Below are positions 34,072 through 46,700 of a stretch of 64,000 bases of DNA, piece after piece. The position numbers were made by a program, and so were the translations under genes. Below the pieces are notes generated by a model. That model was not told the DNA's origin, did not search any database, and was given only the letters and a program-made list of their open reading frames with translations. The stretch lies in the NCBI GenBank assembly GCA_010909165.1, contig VJWM01000016.1, positions 62,001 to 126,000 on the forward strand, read 5' to 3'. The stretch is from Anthoceros angustus (lineage: Eukaryota; Plantae; Anthocerotophyta). Position 1 is the stretch's first letter. Each line of letters starts with the position of its first letter.

Positions 34072-35971
34072 TCATGGTAAGGATTGAGAAGAGCTTTGAA
34101 GCTGGGTCCGATTTGGATGTTTCCTTTCCCTGAGCCTGGCATGCAAGGGATTGAGCATTTTCACGGTGAAGAGGGTGGTGTGGGTCATGTCCACGACTTG
34201 GCCGTCTTTGGCAGGAAGCCATTGGAACGCCTGCACCAGCCTACCAATGGTCAGCTGTGCTTGCAGCAAGGCGACGCTGAAGCCGGGGCAAATTCTCCTT
34301 CCAGCGCCGAAGGGGACCATTGTGAACCTGGAACCTCGTCTTCCAGTCACGTCCACGTCCCAGCCTTGCAAAAATCTCTCCGGATCGAACACCTCCGGAT
34401 CCTCCCACATCTCCTTGTCCACCGAAATTGCGTGGAGGCAGACGAGGATTTCCGCATTCTTGGGCACACGGTACTCGCCCAAGGTGGCGTCTCTCAGTGC
34501 GGCATGCGGCAATGTGAAGTAGGACGGGGAATGGAGCCGGAGCGTCTCCAGCACCACAGCCCGCAGATAGGGCAGGTGCGGCAAATGGCACTTGGACACG
34601 GGAGCGTCCCCGCACACATCCCAGATTTCCTGGGCCAGCCGGGTCTGCATTGCGGGATTCCTCACCATCTCGGCCATGGCGAACTCCATGGTGATGGCCG
34701 TCGTGTCGCTGCCCGCGTTGAGGACCTCGTTGCACAGAAGCATGATGTCGGTGTCGTCCGCGATGTCCATCTCTCCCCGCTCCTGCGCTGCCAGGAGGGT
34801 GTCCACGTAGTCGCGATCGGAGTCCTCCACCGCCGCAAGGCCCGCGGAAAGCCTCCTCCGCTGCCTGTGCTGCTCGATGATGGGCAGCATGATCTGGGAC
34901 ACCTTGGCCCTCACTCGTTTGCATCGCCTGTAATGCGAGGGGTTGACGAAAAGGTGAAGCAAGGGAAGGTAGTCCCCCATGTTGGGCCCTGCCACCTTCA
35001 GCGTCTCCTTCAACGTCTCTCTGAACACGATCACCTCCTCGTCCTCGAATGTCTGCATGAAGTTCACAACGGAGTCATCATCAGTTGGTTCACTCCTGAC
35101 GATACGATGGTGATGGATTACCGAGAGTTTGAGATCGACGAATTCTCGGTCAGGAAGTCGAGATTACCTTGCCGAAGCAGACGTGGAGGAGAATTCTGAA
35201 GCTGACGATCAACAGGTTGTCCATGACCGGCACAGCCTCTTCAGGCCTTTCCACAGCGTGCGTCCTCAGCTTCCGCACCATATCCTCGATCTGAGCGTGT
35301 CTGACGGGAGCGCAGTCGGCCACTTTGGCGGGGCTCAGCACCGAGCTGACGAGGCTCCTTCTCAGCGCTCTCCACCTCGGCCCGTAGGGCGATGTGTTGA
35401 TATTCCGATGATTATTTGTCAGGAAAATCCTGGATCTCCGATGCGGCCTCGACGCAAACAGGGAGCCCTCCTTGAGCAGAACGTCCCTGGCCTCTGCAGC
35501 CCCGGTGACGATGATGGTGGGCACGAAACCGAGCCAGACAGTGAAGACGGGGCCGTATTGTCTGGACCACCTCTCCACGTGGGCACTCTCGTTCGGGTTT
35601 CCTTCGTACAGACTGCCGAAGAGAAAGTGGCCCTTGGGCCCTGGCGGCAGTGCCCGGCGCCGGAGCCCTTGCGGCTTCCAGAAGGGCCACACAGAATTCA
35701 TGAAATGCAAGACCAACAGGCCTAGGGCGGCAGTCAGACAAACCAGGAGGGCGGAGGCCCATGGTGCCCTGGCCATGGCAGGGCTGTGCACAAGTCCAGC
35801 GGCTCTCGCAGTCAGCAGAAAGGCATTCCCACGGCCGATGTCAGCAAACATGGCTGAAACATTGGCGGCCACCATGCGAGAAGCATTTCCCTCAACACCA
35901 GTGCTGCACAACAGCAACCCTGCCAAGTCCATCGTACCAGAGGGCAGCCTGTATGCAAGCTCCGACGTCAT
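34072..35971 (-). CDS. Cytochrome P450, CYP71 clan, CYP77/CYP89-like; complement(join(34072..35052,35168..35971))
   Basis: Membrane anchor plus LPPGP, FASRP, NINTSPYGPRWRALRR, I-helix NAGSDTT, ETLR, PERF and heme motif PFGAGRRICPG. A phase-0 GT-AG intron joins CFGK|TFED. Confidence 0.93.
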
Positions 35972-36399
35972 GATTGCACTCGTATCCTAACGCATAACTC
36001 GACAGCAGGCGCAGCGGATATGGAACGGCCTCCTTCACATCAGCGTCAGCTTCGGAGTCGCAACAGAGAAGCTCTGACATTCGGAGCTTTATGGATAGTA
36101 TGCCTTTGCGAGCTGTACATGTGCCGAATGCGGCGCTTCCGGGCATTCGTGCTCACCCGACCCCGGACCCCCAAAAATACGAATCAACTCTTCCCATATA
36201 CTGTAGATGAGGATCTTCAATGCCCTCTCTCCCGCGTCTCTGCCTCTCTCTCAGCGTAGAGCCGTGGAGTCTCCATGTCTCCAGGTCTACAGGTGCGCCT
36301 TCCACAACAAGGCAAGTGGGCAAGACACCTTTCGAGTGGATCCGGTGGGTGTCTGTGCGGACTCCTCTACTTGGTCCTGTAACCACGGCCCGCATACAA

Positions 36400-36720
36400 A
36401 TGGTCGCTTTTGTTCGCAAGAAATGACCGACATCTTGCCAGTTTTGCGTTTTGTCATGACCTACGGTGGGCACTGGATTCGACCATGGCTACGGATAGGG
36501 CAGCTTTTCGAGGAAACTGGGTTTTGGGCAACCACATGTCCACATGTCCACACATGTCCACAAATTCAACCTTAGTGGACATGTGGATCCTTTTGCGACC
36601 GAAGTCCAACACATTTTATACCGTTTTCATAACGGTCGTTGTAAGATTTGTGCTATAAAAACCTTTTCTTAAACATCATTGTAATTATTTTAAATATATT
36701 CATACTTGTATTTTATATGA
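36400..36720. repeat. Diverged direct repeat of segments at ~40240-40325 and ~40770-40900
   Basis: Shared CGC(T)TTTTGTT(C)CGCAAG.AATGAC.GACAT...GTCATGACCTACG...TGGATTCGAC and ACATTTTA...TTGTAA.ATTT.TG strings. Confidence 0.6.
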
Positions 36721-37199
36721 TATATATACATTTCTTATGGATCTCATTACAAGGCATTTTTTTACAACCAGCTAATCATGGTCATAAAATTGAGGTTAAG
36801 TACTCAGATATACTAACCATGGTTATATTAACTATAATTTAATGACTCTAGATACATAATTAGGTTTTGTTGACCACATTATAACTATAAATATTTAATA
36901 ATAATTAGTTAATGTGATACTTGGTTTAAAACTAAAATTTCAATATTTTTTTAAAAGATTTAAATATTGTAAATAAAAACCATTGTAAATAATTTCTTGT
37001 AACCTATTTAGGGTTCAATATTTTATTATATTATTTTTAAATTTTATAAAACCTTATAAAATTTTATAGAATATTTAACTAGTTTCAATTAAGTTCAATA
37101 TAATATAACTCTGTTGGAAAATGTGTCATCCATCATTACATCTATCATATGTCAATAAATGTGTCATCCAATCATTACATCTATCATTACATTTAGCAC

Positions 37200-37605
37200 A
37201 AAGCAATATGATATGATTACGATCACCAGGGTTTGCACACCCTTAACATGCAAGTCCTTTTCTAGTTTTCTAGGAACAAATGCAAACAAATCTATTGTTG
37301 AATTCAAATATGGTAAGTGACAAGAAGCACAATTCTTCCAAACATGTCCTTCCATCGCTTCCTTCCAACAACAATACTCCACAAGGTTTAATTTGTTTCA
37401 CTCTCAATATTACTCTGCTAACACGAGCATCAATTGTTGTGATTGTCCTTCTTTGCAAATGAACATAATCACCAACTTCAAATTTCCTAGTTTTGGTTTG
37501 AAATGACCACTTCTTCTATTTTTGTATCTTGATTCATCTCTGTGTTGAGCAATTAATAAATTGTCCATAGCCATAGGCATAATTTTCTGAATAATTTCCG
37601 TGATT
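37200..37605 (-). mobile_element. Degenerate Ty3/gypsy integrase C-terminal fragment (PHD-finger type), copy 1
   Basis: Across frameshifts it reads IMPMAMDNLLIAQHRD...KFEVGDYVHLQRR...VILRVKQIKPCGVLLLEGSDG...KNCASCHLPYLNSTID. Confidence 0.7.
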
Positions 37606-38042
37606 TGAAGAGTCTTCCTTCTAAATATCTTATATCAAAGCCTCTCATGTATATATTTTATTTATATTCGTATATAGGTCTAGTGGGGAGGCCAGCCCCT
37701 ATTGATATATATGCACATGCTTTCCCTTCTGCATTTCCTCTCCATCGTATGCAGCAAAACTACTCAACATCATCCACTCTTAATGGTGGTTCACAACATG
37801 CAAGATCGACAAGGGAACCAAACTTACTTGGTCCTCTATCTTGTATGGCTGAGTGAATTAACACTCATCCAATGCTTTCCTTAGTGCATTTTTTCTTCAT
37901 CGTATAGAATAAGGCTACTCGTCATCATCCACTCTTAATGGTGGTTCATAATATATAAGATCGATAAGGGTTCAACAAAAGTTACTTGGCCCTCTACCTT
38001 GTATGCATGAAAATATTTTATTACACTTGTTAAATGGGTCTC

Positions 38043-38489
38043 ACTTCTCCCCCCCTTAATCTGGGGCTCAACTTTTGTTGACAAGCTAGATTAATTAAAC
38101 TCTTTATACAACATTACATACATCTTCAAAGTCTTTCATTACTTTTTATCAATTGTAATATACATTGGACAAAAGTACGGCCTATCAGGCAGTGCATCCA
38201 ATTGAGGTTCCAGGCAATAGATATGCCAACCATCATTGCACCTATCACACAACAACATGCAATGTTCATTACCAAGACCTCCACATGCTATATAGGCAAA
38301 TGCCTTTTTGGGCACAAACGCATGCAAGTCAATCGTTGGGTCCAAATGTGGCAAATGGTATGGGGCACAATTTTTCATGTGTTCCAAACGCATCGTGCCA
38401 TCTCTTCCCTCCAGCTCTAAAATTCCACTTCCCTTTATGTTCTTCACCCTTAATATTACCCTACTCGCACTTATGTCAATTGTAGCCAT
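38043..38489 (-). mobile_element. Degenerate Ty3/gypsy integrase C-terminus with PHD finger and downstream PPT, copy 2
   Basis: VILRVKNIKGSGILELEGRDG...KNCAPYHLPHLDPTID...MLLCDRCNDGWHIYCLEPQLDALPDRPYFCP (PHD with some Cys mutated to Tyr). A purine tract AAGGGGGGGAGAAG then TG lies on the minus strand at ~38058-38042. Confidence 0.75.
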
Positions 38490-39699
38490 AGTCTTCTATG
38501 AAGACAACTTTAGCAGATCAACCAATTTGATCGCAAAAGAACGTGTTCGTGTCAACTACGCAATATCTGTCCTAAAAGCACCCTTCAGGCTATTCTCGAG
38601 CACACAACCTATCTGACTCACTGTAGTCAAGTTTCAACGATGGTGGTTCACTTCTGTACAACCACTGTGCCTCGTTCTGAGGATAAAGTGGCTCAAAACC
38701 CCAAAGCCACCTTGGTTGTTCACCAGTATTTTTGTATAGTCTTCGCCTCCGAGTTTCCGCTGTTTCAACACGGCGCACAACAACAGACCATGGCACACTT
38801 CACTCGGGCAACACTCAACCCACTCTTTCTATGCATCCTCTTCTCTTCATACATTCGTTTTCTCTTTCTCTCCATCCCCTCTCTTGTTAGAATAGTTTAC
38901 ACACAAATGTACACAGTTCAGCCTACAAAGATTTAGGGTCACAAGGGTAGCTAGCCCACGCTCTTAAGTTTCTCGAATTCTGCGGTTTGCCTTAATCATG
39001 CGTGACAAACGGCTCTCACTGTATTGTATGGGCAACGGCTTTTCTCTTTAAGGTTCGCCACAGCCTTATCACCTCCTTAGCCTACACATGTACAAATTTA
39101 GCGGAGCCTGAAATTGCACCCCATAAAATTGCACAATGAAAACGGTCGTTTTGAACTGCAAATTGCACCCCAGAAAATCCACACTCAAAATGGCCGTTTT
39201 GAAGAGTTGAGGTCTTATTTACACGTATATAACCCTACTTGACTTCAAGCAATATTAGATTTTGAAGGTTTAGGGTAATAAGGTCATTCTCAAACCCTAA
39301 ACCATTTTAGAGTTTGGTATATACAGAAACAGCATGATACCTCCTCAGAGCGTAGATAATTACAGCTGCATCATACTTTGCAAGCAACACACAGCTTATG
39401 TTTTCGTCAATATACTCCGAACCCAAGGAACTTGTGGAATCTAGTAAAATAGAAGGAACTTTTCTGTGTTGTTTTGCTATGTAGTGGAACTTTATTTTAT
39501 GAACAACAAGATTATTACAAGACACGACACTAGGCCTCCAAGTAGCTGGCAGTGTAGTAACCGCTCTACTGCTCAATTGATTACTCTCAAAAAGAGTACA
39601 CACAAGAGTCTGGCCATCTACACGTACACCTAGCTCTGGCAATTAGACTCCAGGCGCATGTTATTTTACTTATGCCATGCGAGACGTAACGCGGAGTCA

Positions 39700-39960
39700 G
39701 GGCTTAGGCTCCAAGGGGTCAGGCTCCAAGGGTTCGGCCTCCAAGAGTTTGGGCTCTAGATGTCGTGCTCCCAAGCATCTGCTCTGGGCTCCCAGGGGTT
39801 AGGCTCCTAAGAGCCGGGTTCCTAGGGATCGGGCTCCCAGGGGCCGGGCTCCCAGGGGCCGGGGCTCCCAGGGGCCGGGCTCTCAGGGGCCGGGCTCCCA
39901 GGGGCCGGGCTCCCAGGGGCCGGGCTCCCAGGGGCCAGGCTCCCAGGGGTCAGGCTCCCA
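39700..39960. repeat. GC-rich minisatellite, 15-bp unit
   Basis: GGGCTCCCAGGGGCC x~9 near-perfect (39828-39960), with degenerate copies upstream. Confidence 0.9.
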
Positions 39961-40512
39961 TGGGTGGAGTGCCCTTGAATGTGCCCCTTTGAACGTGGAA
40001 CTCTCGTGCGACGTATGGACCCAACAGATAGTGGATCTCTTCCCCTATTGCTAATTCAAGTCCCTTGAATCATATGCAGTGTAGAGGCCTTGGGCTTTAC
40101 TAACCTTCCTCTTGCCATCTCTTTGGTGGCCTCGCTTGTGAGGTTTTGTAGTCACGGATTTGCTGGATTTGCATTTTGCTCTACTTGGTGCAGTATCCAC
40201 GACCTGGGTTTGGCTATACACTCGCATGCTCATACTTGGCCGCTTTTGTTCCGCAAGTAATGACTGACATTGGCAGTTTTCATTCAGTCATGACCTACGA
40301 TGCTCAGTGGATTCGACAATGGGCTAGGGGAAGTCACGGTACGTAGACGACTTTTAGGGCGGCTTGGCACTGGTCACCCGACGACCAAATACATAGGCCA
40401 GTTTTGGCCGTGTCAGGAAATAGATGGGCAAGTCGCAATAAATAAATTTTGTAGCATGCTCAAGGAAACTTAGTTTTGGGCAAGTTCAGTGACCATCAAG
40501 CCCAACCTTATT

Positions 40513-40770
40513 GGATATGTAGATTCTTTTGTGATTGGAGTTCACTCGATTGGATTATATGAGGATTCTTTTGCAATCGAAGTTCACTCAAGTAGATTAT
40601 ATGTGGATTCTTTTGCAATCAGAGTTCACTCAAGTGGATTATATGTGGATTCTTTTGCAATCGGAGTTCACTCAAGTGGATTATATATGGATTCTTTTGC
40701 AATCGGAGTTCACTCAAGTCCATTATATGTGGATTTTTTTTGCAATTGGAGATAACTCAAGTGGATTACA
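40513..40770. repeat. Minisatellite, 42-bp unit x~6
   Basis: GGATTATATGTGGATTCTTTTGCAATCGGAGTTCACTCAAGT variants. Confidence 0.9.
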
Positions 40771-41064
40771 ACACATTTTACATTGTTTTTATAATAGTCA
40801 TTGTAAAATTTATGTGATAAAAAAATTGTTTTAAAAATCGTTGTATTTTTCTCAAATACATCTGTACTTGGTACATATGGTATTTTGTATGATGTACATG
40901 TTTTTTATATGGAGTCTTCTTCAAGGGTAACCATTACCTATCAAATACATTACAACGCAATATAACAACAAAGCATTTACAATGCAACTTTACAACAAGA
41001 CACTTAATGAGAACGTTACAAGGCATTTATCACATGACTTTTGAATACGAAATCTATTACATGA

Positions 41065-41290
41065 CTTTACAATAGGATATGACTACTAGGTTCATAACAT
41101 GATATAACTATTACTTTTACAACAAGATATTACTACTTCGTTTACAACAAGATATTATTTTTATGTTTACAACAGGATATTACTACTAGGTTTACAATAT
41201 GATATTACTATGTGGTTTACAATAGGATATTACTACGTGGTTTACAACTGTAAAATTACCTCTAGGTTTTTAACAGGATATTTACAACCT
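41065..41290. repeat. AT-rich minisatellite, ~25-bp unit
   Basis: TTTACAACAGGATATTACTACTAGG variants. Confidence 0.8.
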
Positions 41291-41845
41291 TGTATTCGCC
41301 TGGTTTAGCTTCTGAATAGAGTTCCCGGGGTCGAGTCAATACAACCTTATATTTGCCTAGTTTAGCTTATGAATAAAGTTCCCGAGGTCAAGGTCTAGGG
41401 TTCCGATGTTCCATGTTGATCAAATATTCACCGCAATTCTAGACGCTTATTCCTAGGGTTCCCGGGATCGAGATCCCCAGTTCCGATGTTCCATGTGGAT
41501 CAAACATTCTAGATACTTGTTACTACCTCATGATAATATATAGTAATAATAGATGTTGTGAAGCACTAATAGGTAATATCCTATAAATTTGAAAAAAAAG
41601 ACATATAATATTATATTACTTAGATCATAACCTACTCCATAAGAGGAAAAACATTACTCACCCAAAAGTCCATGTTTGTTGTTTATACATTTTTATCACC
41701 TTTACAAGACCAATACATATGTACATCTAAGATAGACTTTCTAATTTTATGCTTCGATGTACGTATCGTCCTACATTCAAAATAGTGGGTGACGACATGA
41801 GACGTAAACAGGGGCATCATAATCAAGCATAGCTTCGAAGGCGGC

Positions 41846-43720
41846 TCAACAGCGAAATCTCCTTTCCCTGACCCTGGCGTGCAAAGGGTTGAGCATTTTG
41901 ACAGTGAAGAGGGTGGTGTGGGTGATGTCCACTGCATGGCCATGTTTGGCAGGAAGCCACTGGAACGCCTGGACCAGTCTGCCTATTATCAGCTGCGCTT
42001 GCAGCAAGGCAAAGCTGATGCCAGGGCACATTCTCCTACCAGCGCCGAAGGGGATCATGCTGAGCTTGGACCCTCTGCTTCCAGTCAAGTCCACATCCCA
42101 ACCTTGCAAAAACCTGTCGGGATTGAACACGTCGGGATTCTCCCAGGTTTCCCTGTCCATGCCGATAGACTGGACGCAGACGAGGATCTCTGCATTCTTG
42201 GGCACATAGTAGTCGCCCAAGGTAGCGTCTCTCGATGCGGCATGTGGCAGTGTGAAGTAGGATGGAGAATGGAGCCGGAGCGTTTCCAGCACCACAGCCC
42301 GTAGGTAGGGCAGCTGCTGCACATGGGACTGAGACACAGGCGCGTCCCCGCACACGTTCCAGATTTCCTGGGCCAGCCGGGTCTGCATGGCGGGATTTCT
42401 CACCATCTCGGCCATGGCGAACTCCATGGTGATGGCCGTCGTGTCGTTGCCCGCATTCAGCACCTCGTTGCACAGAAGCATGATGTCGGTATCGTCCGCG
42501 ATGTCCATCTCTCCCCGCTCCTGCGCTGCCAGGAGAGAGTGCACGTAGTCCGAGTCCTCCACTGCAGCACGGCCCGCGGAAAGCCTCCTCCTCTGCCTGT
42601 GCTGCTCGATGATGGGCAGCATGATCTGGGCCACTTTGGCCCTCGCTTCTTTGCATCGCCTGTAATGCGAAGGGTTGAGGATGAGGTGAAGCAAGGGAAG
42701 GTAGTCCCCCAAGTTGGGCCCTGCCACCTTCAGAGTCTCCTTCATTGCTTCTCTGAAGACGATCACCTTCTCCTCCTCGAATGTCTGCATGAATTCAGTA
42801 ACGCACAGCAAACTCGGTCGGTGATATCATTGGTTTGTGAACTTCGTGAAATGCACATGATAAGCTCACGACATAGACCAATTGTGTGACAAAATTTCAG
42901 ATAGATTACGTACCTGACCAAAGCACACGTGGAGGAGAATGTTGAAGCTGACCACCAACAGGTTGTCGATGACAGGCACAGCCTCTTCAGGCCGTTCCAC
43001 AGCGTGCTTCCTCAGCTTCTGCACCATATCCTCGATGTGAGCGTGTCTAAACGGAGCGGACTTGGCCACTTTTGTGGGGCTAAGTGCCGAGCTGACGAGG
43101 TTCTTTTTCAGCGCTCTCCACCTCGGCCCGTATGGAGAGGTATTGATATTCCGATGATTATTGGTCAAGAAAATCCTGGATTTTCGATGCGGCCTAGAAG
43201 CAAAGAGGGAGCCCTCCTTCACCAAAACCTCCCTGGCCTCTGCTGCTCCGGTCACGATGATGGTGGGCACAAAGCCGAGCCAGACAGTGATGACGGGGCC
43301 GTAGTGTTTGGCCCATCTCTCCACAGCGGCACTCTCGTTCGGCTTTCGGTGGTACAGGCTGCCGAAGAGGAAATGGCCCTTGGGTCCTGGAGGCAAGTTT
43401 TGCCTGAACCCAAACTTCCAGAACGGAAACACAGAATTCATGAAATGCAAGACCAAAATGACGGCAGTCAAACCAACCAGCAAAGTGGAGGCCCATCGTG
43501 CACTGGCCATGGAAGAGCTGTGCACATGTCCAGCAGCATGTGCTGTCAGAAAAGCATTCTCATGGCTATTTCCAGCAAGCAGGCCTGAAGCATGCCGTGC
43601 AGACACGTTGCTCATCACCACCATGCGTGAGGCATTTCCATCAACACAAATGTTACAGGCCAGCAAACTGGTAAAGTCCATTCTATTAGAGGGCAGCCAG
43701 TCTACAAGCTCCATCGTCAT
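41846..43720 (-). CDS. Cytochrome P450, CYP77/CYP89-like tandem paralog; complement(join(41846..42784,42914..43720))
   Basis: Highly similar to 34072-35971 with the same intron position (CFGQ|TFEE); motifs NAGNDTT, ETLR, PDRF and PFGAGRRMCPG. Confidence 0.93.
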
Positions 43721-46700
43721 GGTTGCACTTGTAACTTGTAACCTGTCGCTCAATTCTGTAATAGGAGGCCCAAGACGCAGATAGATTTCAGACAGACAGA
43801 CCTTATGGAATGACTCTTGGCATCCACTGACATCTGAACCAAAGTCTGTCACAATCGGAGCTTTATCGTCAGCGGTTGTGGGCCTGCAGATATTTGGTCT
43901 TGTAGGCCCCCGACTCCTGAGAGGCACACGTTCCTAATCGGTGTGTACCCCGACCTGCCCCCTTCCCAAAAAATACGATTCACGTCCTTCAACATCCAGC
44001 ATATGAGGCTGGAGCCTAGAGCACCGCTCCCTGAACCTCAAGATCATCTAACTGCCCTCTCTCCCTCTACTTTCGACTGGACCGCCAGCATCACCCAGCC
44101 GGCTACAAGAACCGCAGCAATCAGGTGCTCCCTGAAACCAAGCAAGCGGCAAAGGAAGGTGCACGTCCACAGTTGTCCACATATTACCGAAACTTCGAAA
44201 CCTGATTTTATTTCCAGGTAGGGTTTACTTTGCCTAGAAACAAACCCGTGAAACTGAAACAAAAGCTCTGGCACACTGGCACAGGTATCTTGAACAGTTA
44301 TCAGACTAGGCATATGTTACCTGCAGACAGAAACAGCAGAATCTTCAGGGACCATGCTCCTGCGGCAAATCATGCCCATCATTCGAGGATTCAGGGTTCG
44401 AGGGAATCCACCAAATCCTCCCTGGCTAGCAAGCATCTGTGGCAGGCTCCTGTCTGCTTAAGGAAATTAATATTGCTACAGCTCTTGGTAGTTTCACCTG
44501 CACTCTGAATTTCTGATCACCTGTTTTTGATTGTTTGTGCTCTTTACGATTGATCCGAAAACGTATCGTTGTTAACGACGGCTAAGCGTAATGCTCGGGA
44601 AACCAGGGCCAAGTCTAACACGGATTCAGGTCACCAAACATCCTAAGCTAGCTGTCCTTGGCTCGAATTGCTGCTGGAAGTTCGATGAGAATCGAAAGCC
44701 CTCAGGCTGTGAAAAGTTTTGTTTGAAGTCAATGTTTGTGATGCGAGTCCGATTGCTGGAGATGAGAAACAAGGCTTTTGTCCGACCTCGATGGATCACT
44801 CAAAATGCAGCGCTCCCGCTCTTCACAGATTCTCAGTCTCCCTCCGGAGAATTCGGCAGTCGATGAGGAGGGCAGGTTCCTGATCTTGAATTTGGGGCAG
44901 GTGGGTGGTGCCGTGTCCTTCTTGGAAGGGGCTTCACGAGTGATTTGAAGTTTAGTTGCAATGCAGTCTTCCTGCTGTGGGAGCGGGAGGTAGGGGGTTT
45001 GGAAGGTGATTGCTCCATAATCGCTGCTCAGGACCTTGAACCAGACGAAAGCTTGAAACCCTTGAAGCTGGACTTGCATCAGGTGACAAGAATATTATTG
45101 CACTGCCCTGAAATGTGCTGAAGCAGCACGGCACTACCATGATGCCATTTGTGATTCTCTTTCAACTTTGAACCACTGTAAGCTGAAGCCCAGTGAGTTT
45201 CTGCAAACACATTGAGTTTTTCAGGTGGATCTGGATGGCCTAAGCAAGCCCATTCATAAGAATTTCTTGTTCCATTTCATTTTGAAACAGGTGCAGAATC
45301 CTTCCTCTGGATGCTCCCATCCTTCCTAGTACGGTATACTGGGTGTCAGGGGTCCTATGAGGAGCACATTAGCTGCCATTCAATTTCCGGCAGATGATAG
45401 GTGTGAGCATTCTCAGGTAAAATGTACATTTGTGACTAAACATTTGGTTTCACTGGTGTAGATTTCCTTGAGGCACTGTTGTTGATACCAACATGCTTCT
45501 TACTACAGCTATCTCAAGAAATGCGAGAATGACTTTTGGGAATTTTCAAATGTAGGCGTTGAAGGTGGTCATGAAGGTTCAGTTCATTGGCCAGTGTTTC
45601 TCTCCATGCAAGCAAGCAAACCTCCCTGAGGCTGTACACCCACGAGGTGATCAGGAGTAGGACTTTTGTTTGGCTGAAGCGTCCGTACGTCTAGTTCCAG
45701 CATTAACAAGATGACTCTATGCATGCTTCTGCGAAAGGTGCTAGGATCTGCACCATTGGATAAAACATTCCAACAGAAGATGAAGTGACGTGGAGGAGGC
45801 TGTCCACACTCATAAGATGCTTACTGACTGCTGGAATGATTCGCTGGCACTTTGAACCTGTTGAAGCAGTGCAAACGGGCGTTGAAGGACATGGTGATGT
45901 GGCTGGTGGGAGAGGCTTATGGGGGATAAGGAGAACTGTAGCTATATCAAGTTTTGGGGAATTCATGGTGACCATATTTTTTCTGCTGATCGATGGAGCG
46001 GACACAGTCCTTATAATTAGCTGGAGTACATTCGTATGTATTCTGTGACGGAAGAGGTTTCTATGTCCTTTTTCTATCCGCAGTCTTCTTGTTGGTCAGT
46101 ACCTATCAGATGTCTGCCACCCCTGGAAAGAGGCACTGAAAAGATGTGTTTGTGGCAGTGCTTGCTTCAGAGCTCAAAGAACAGTCATTTATTAAATAAA
46201 GTGTGCTGGATGAATTCAGTTGCAAGAACATGACAAGTGCTCCGCGGCTTGGACTTGATCAATGGCTGGGGAAAATTCAGTAGCTTTGGAAAGGAAAAAC
46301 CATAGGCCTTCCTGTACATATTGAGTTACTGCATCCTGTTGTGAGAACCCACGCTGTATCCCAAGCTCATTTTCCTACCGCTAGACCGACATAGAAAAGG
46401 TAGTTGCTGAAACGAAGTTATTGGGAGGACGATATTTCCGAGTTTACGGCATCTAATTGGGTGACTCCCAAAAGCAGCGATGTTGGCTCCGTTCGCCGCG
46501 AAGGAGTTTCAGAGAATGTCGTACCGAGGTTTTTGTCTGCGAGAATGCCGGGACGTGAGGTGCTCAGCGAATGGATGGTGCAGTCTCGATTGTCGAAAAT
46601 TTCGCTGCTGAGCATCTCGGTCACTGGCTGTTATTGCTATAGACGATGGGATGGCTGCCAGTTTGAAGCACAGCTTGAGAGGAGCATAGGTTCACTGGGG

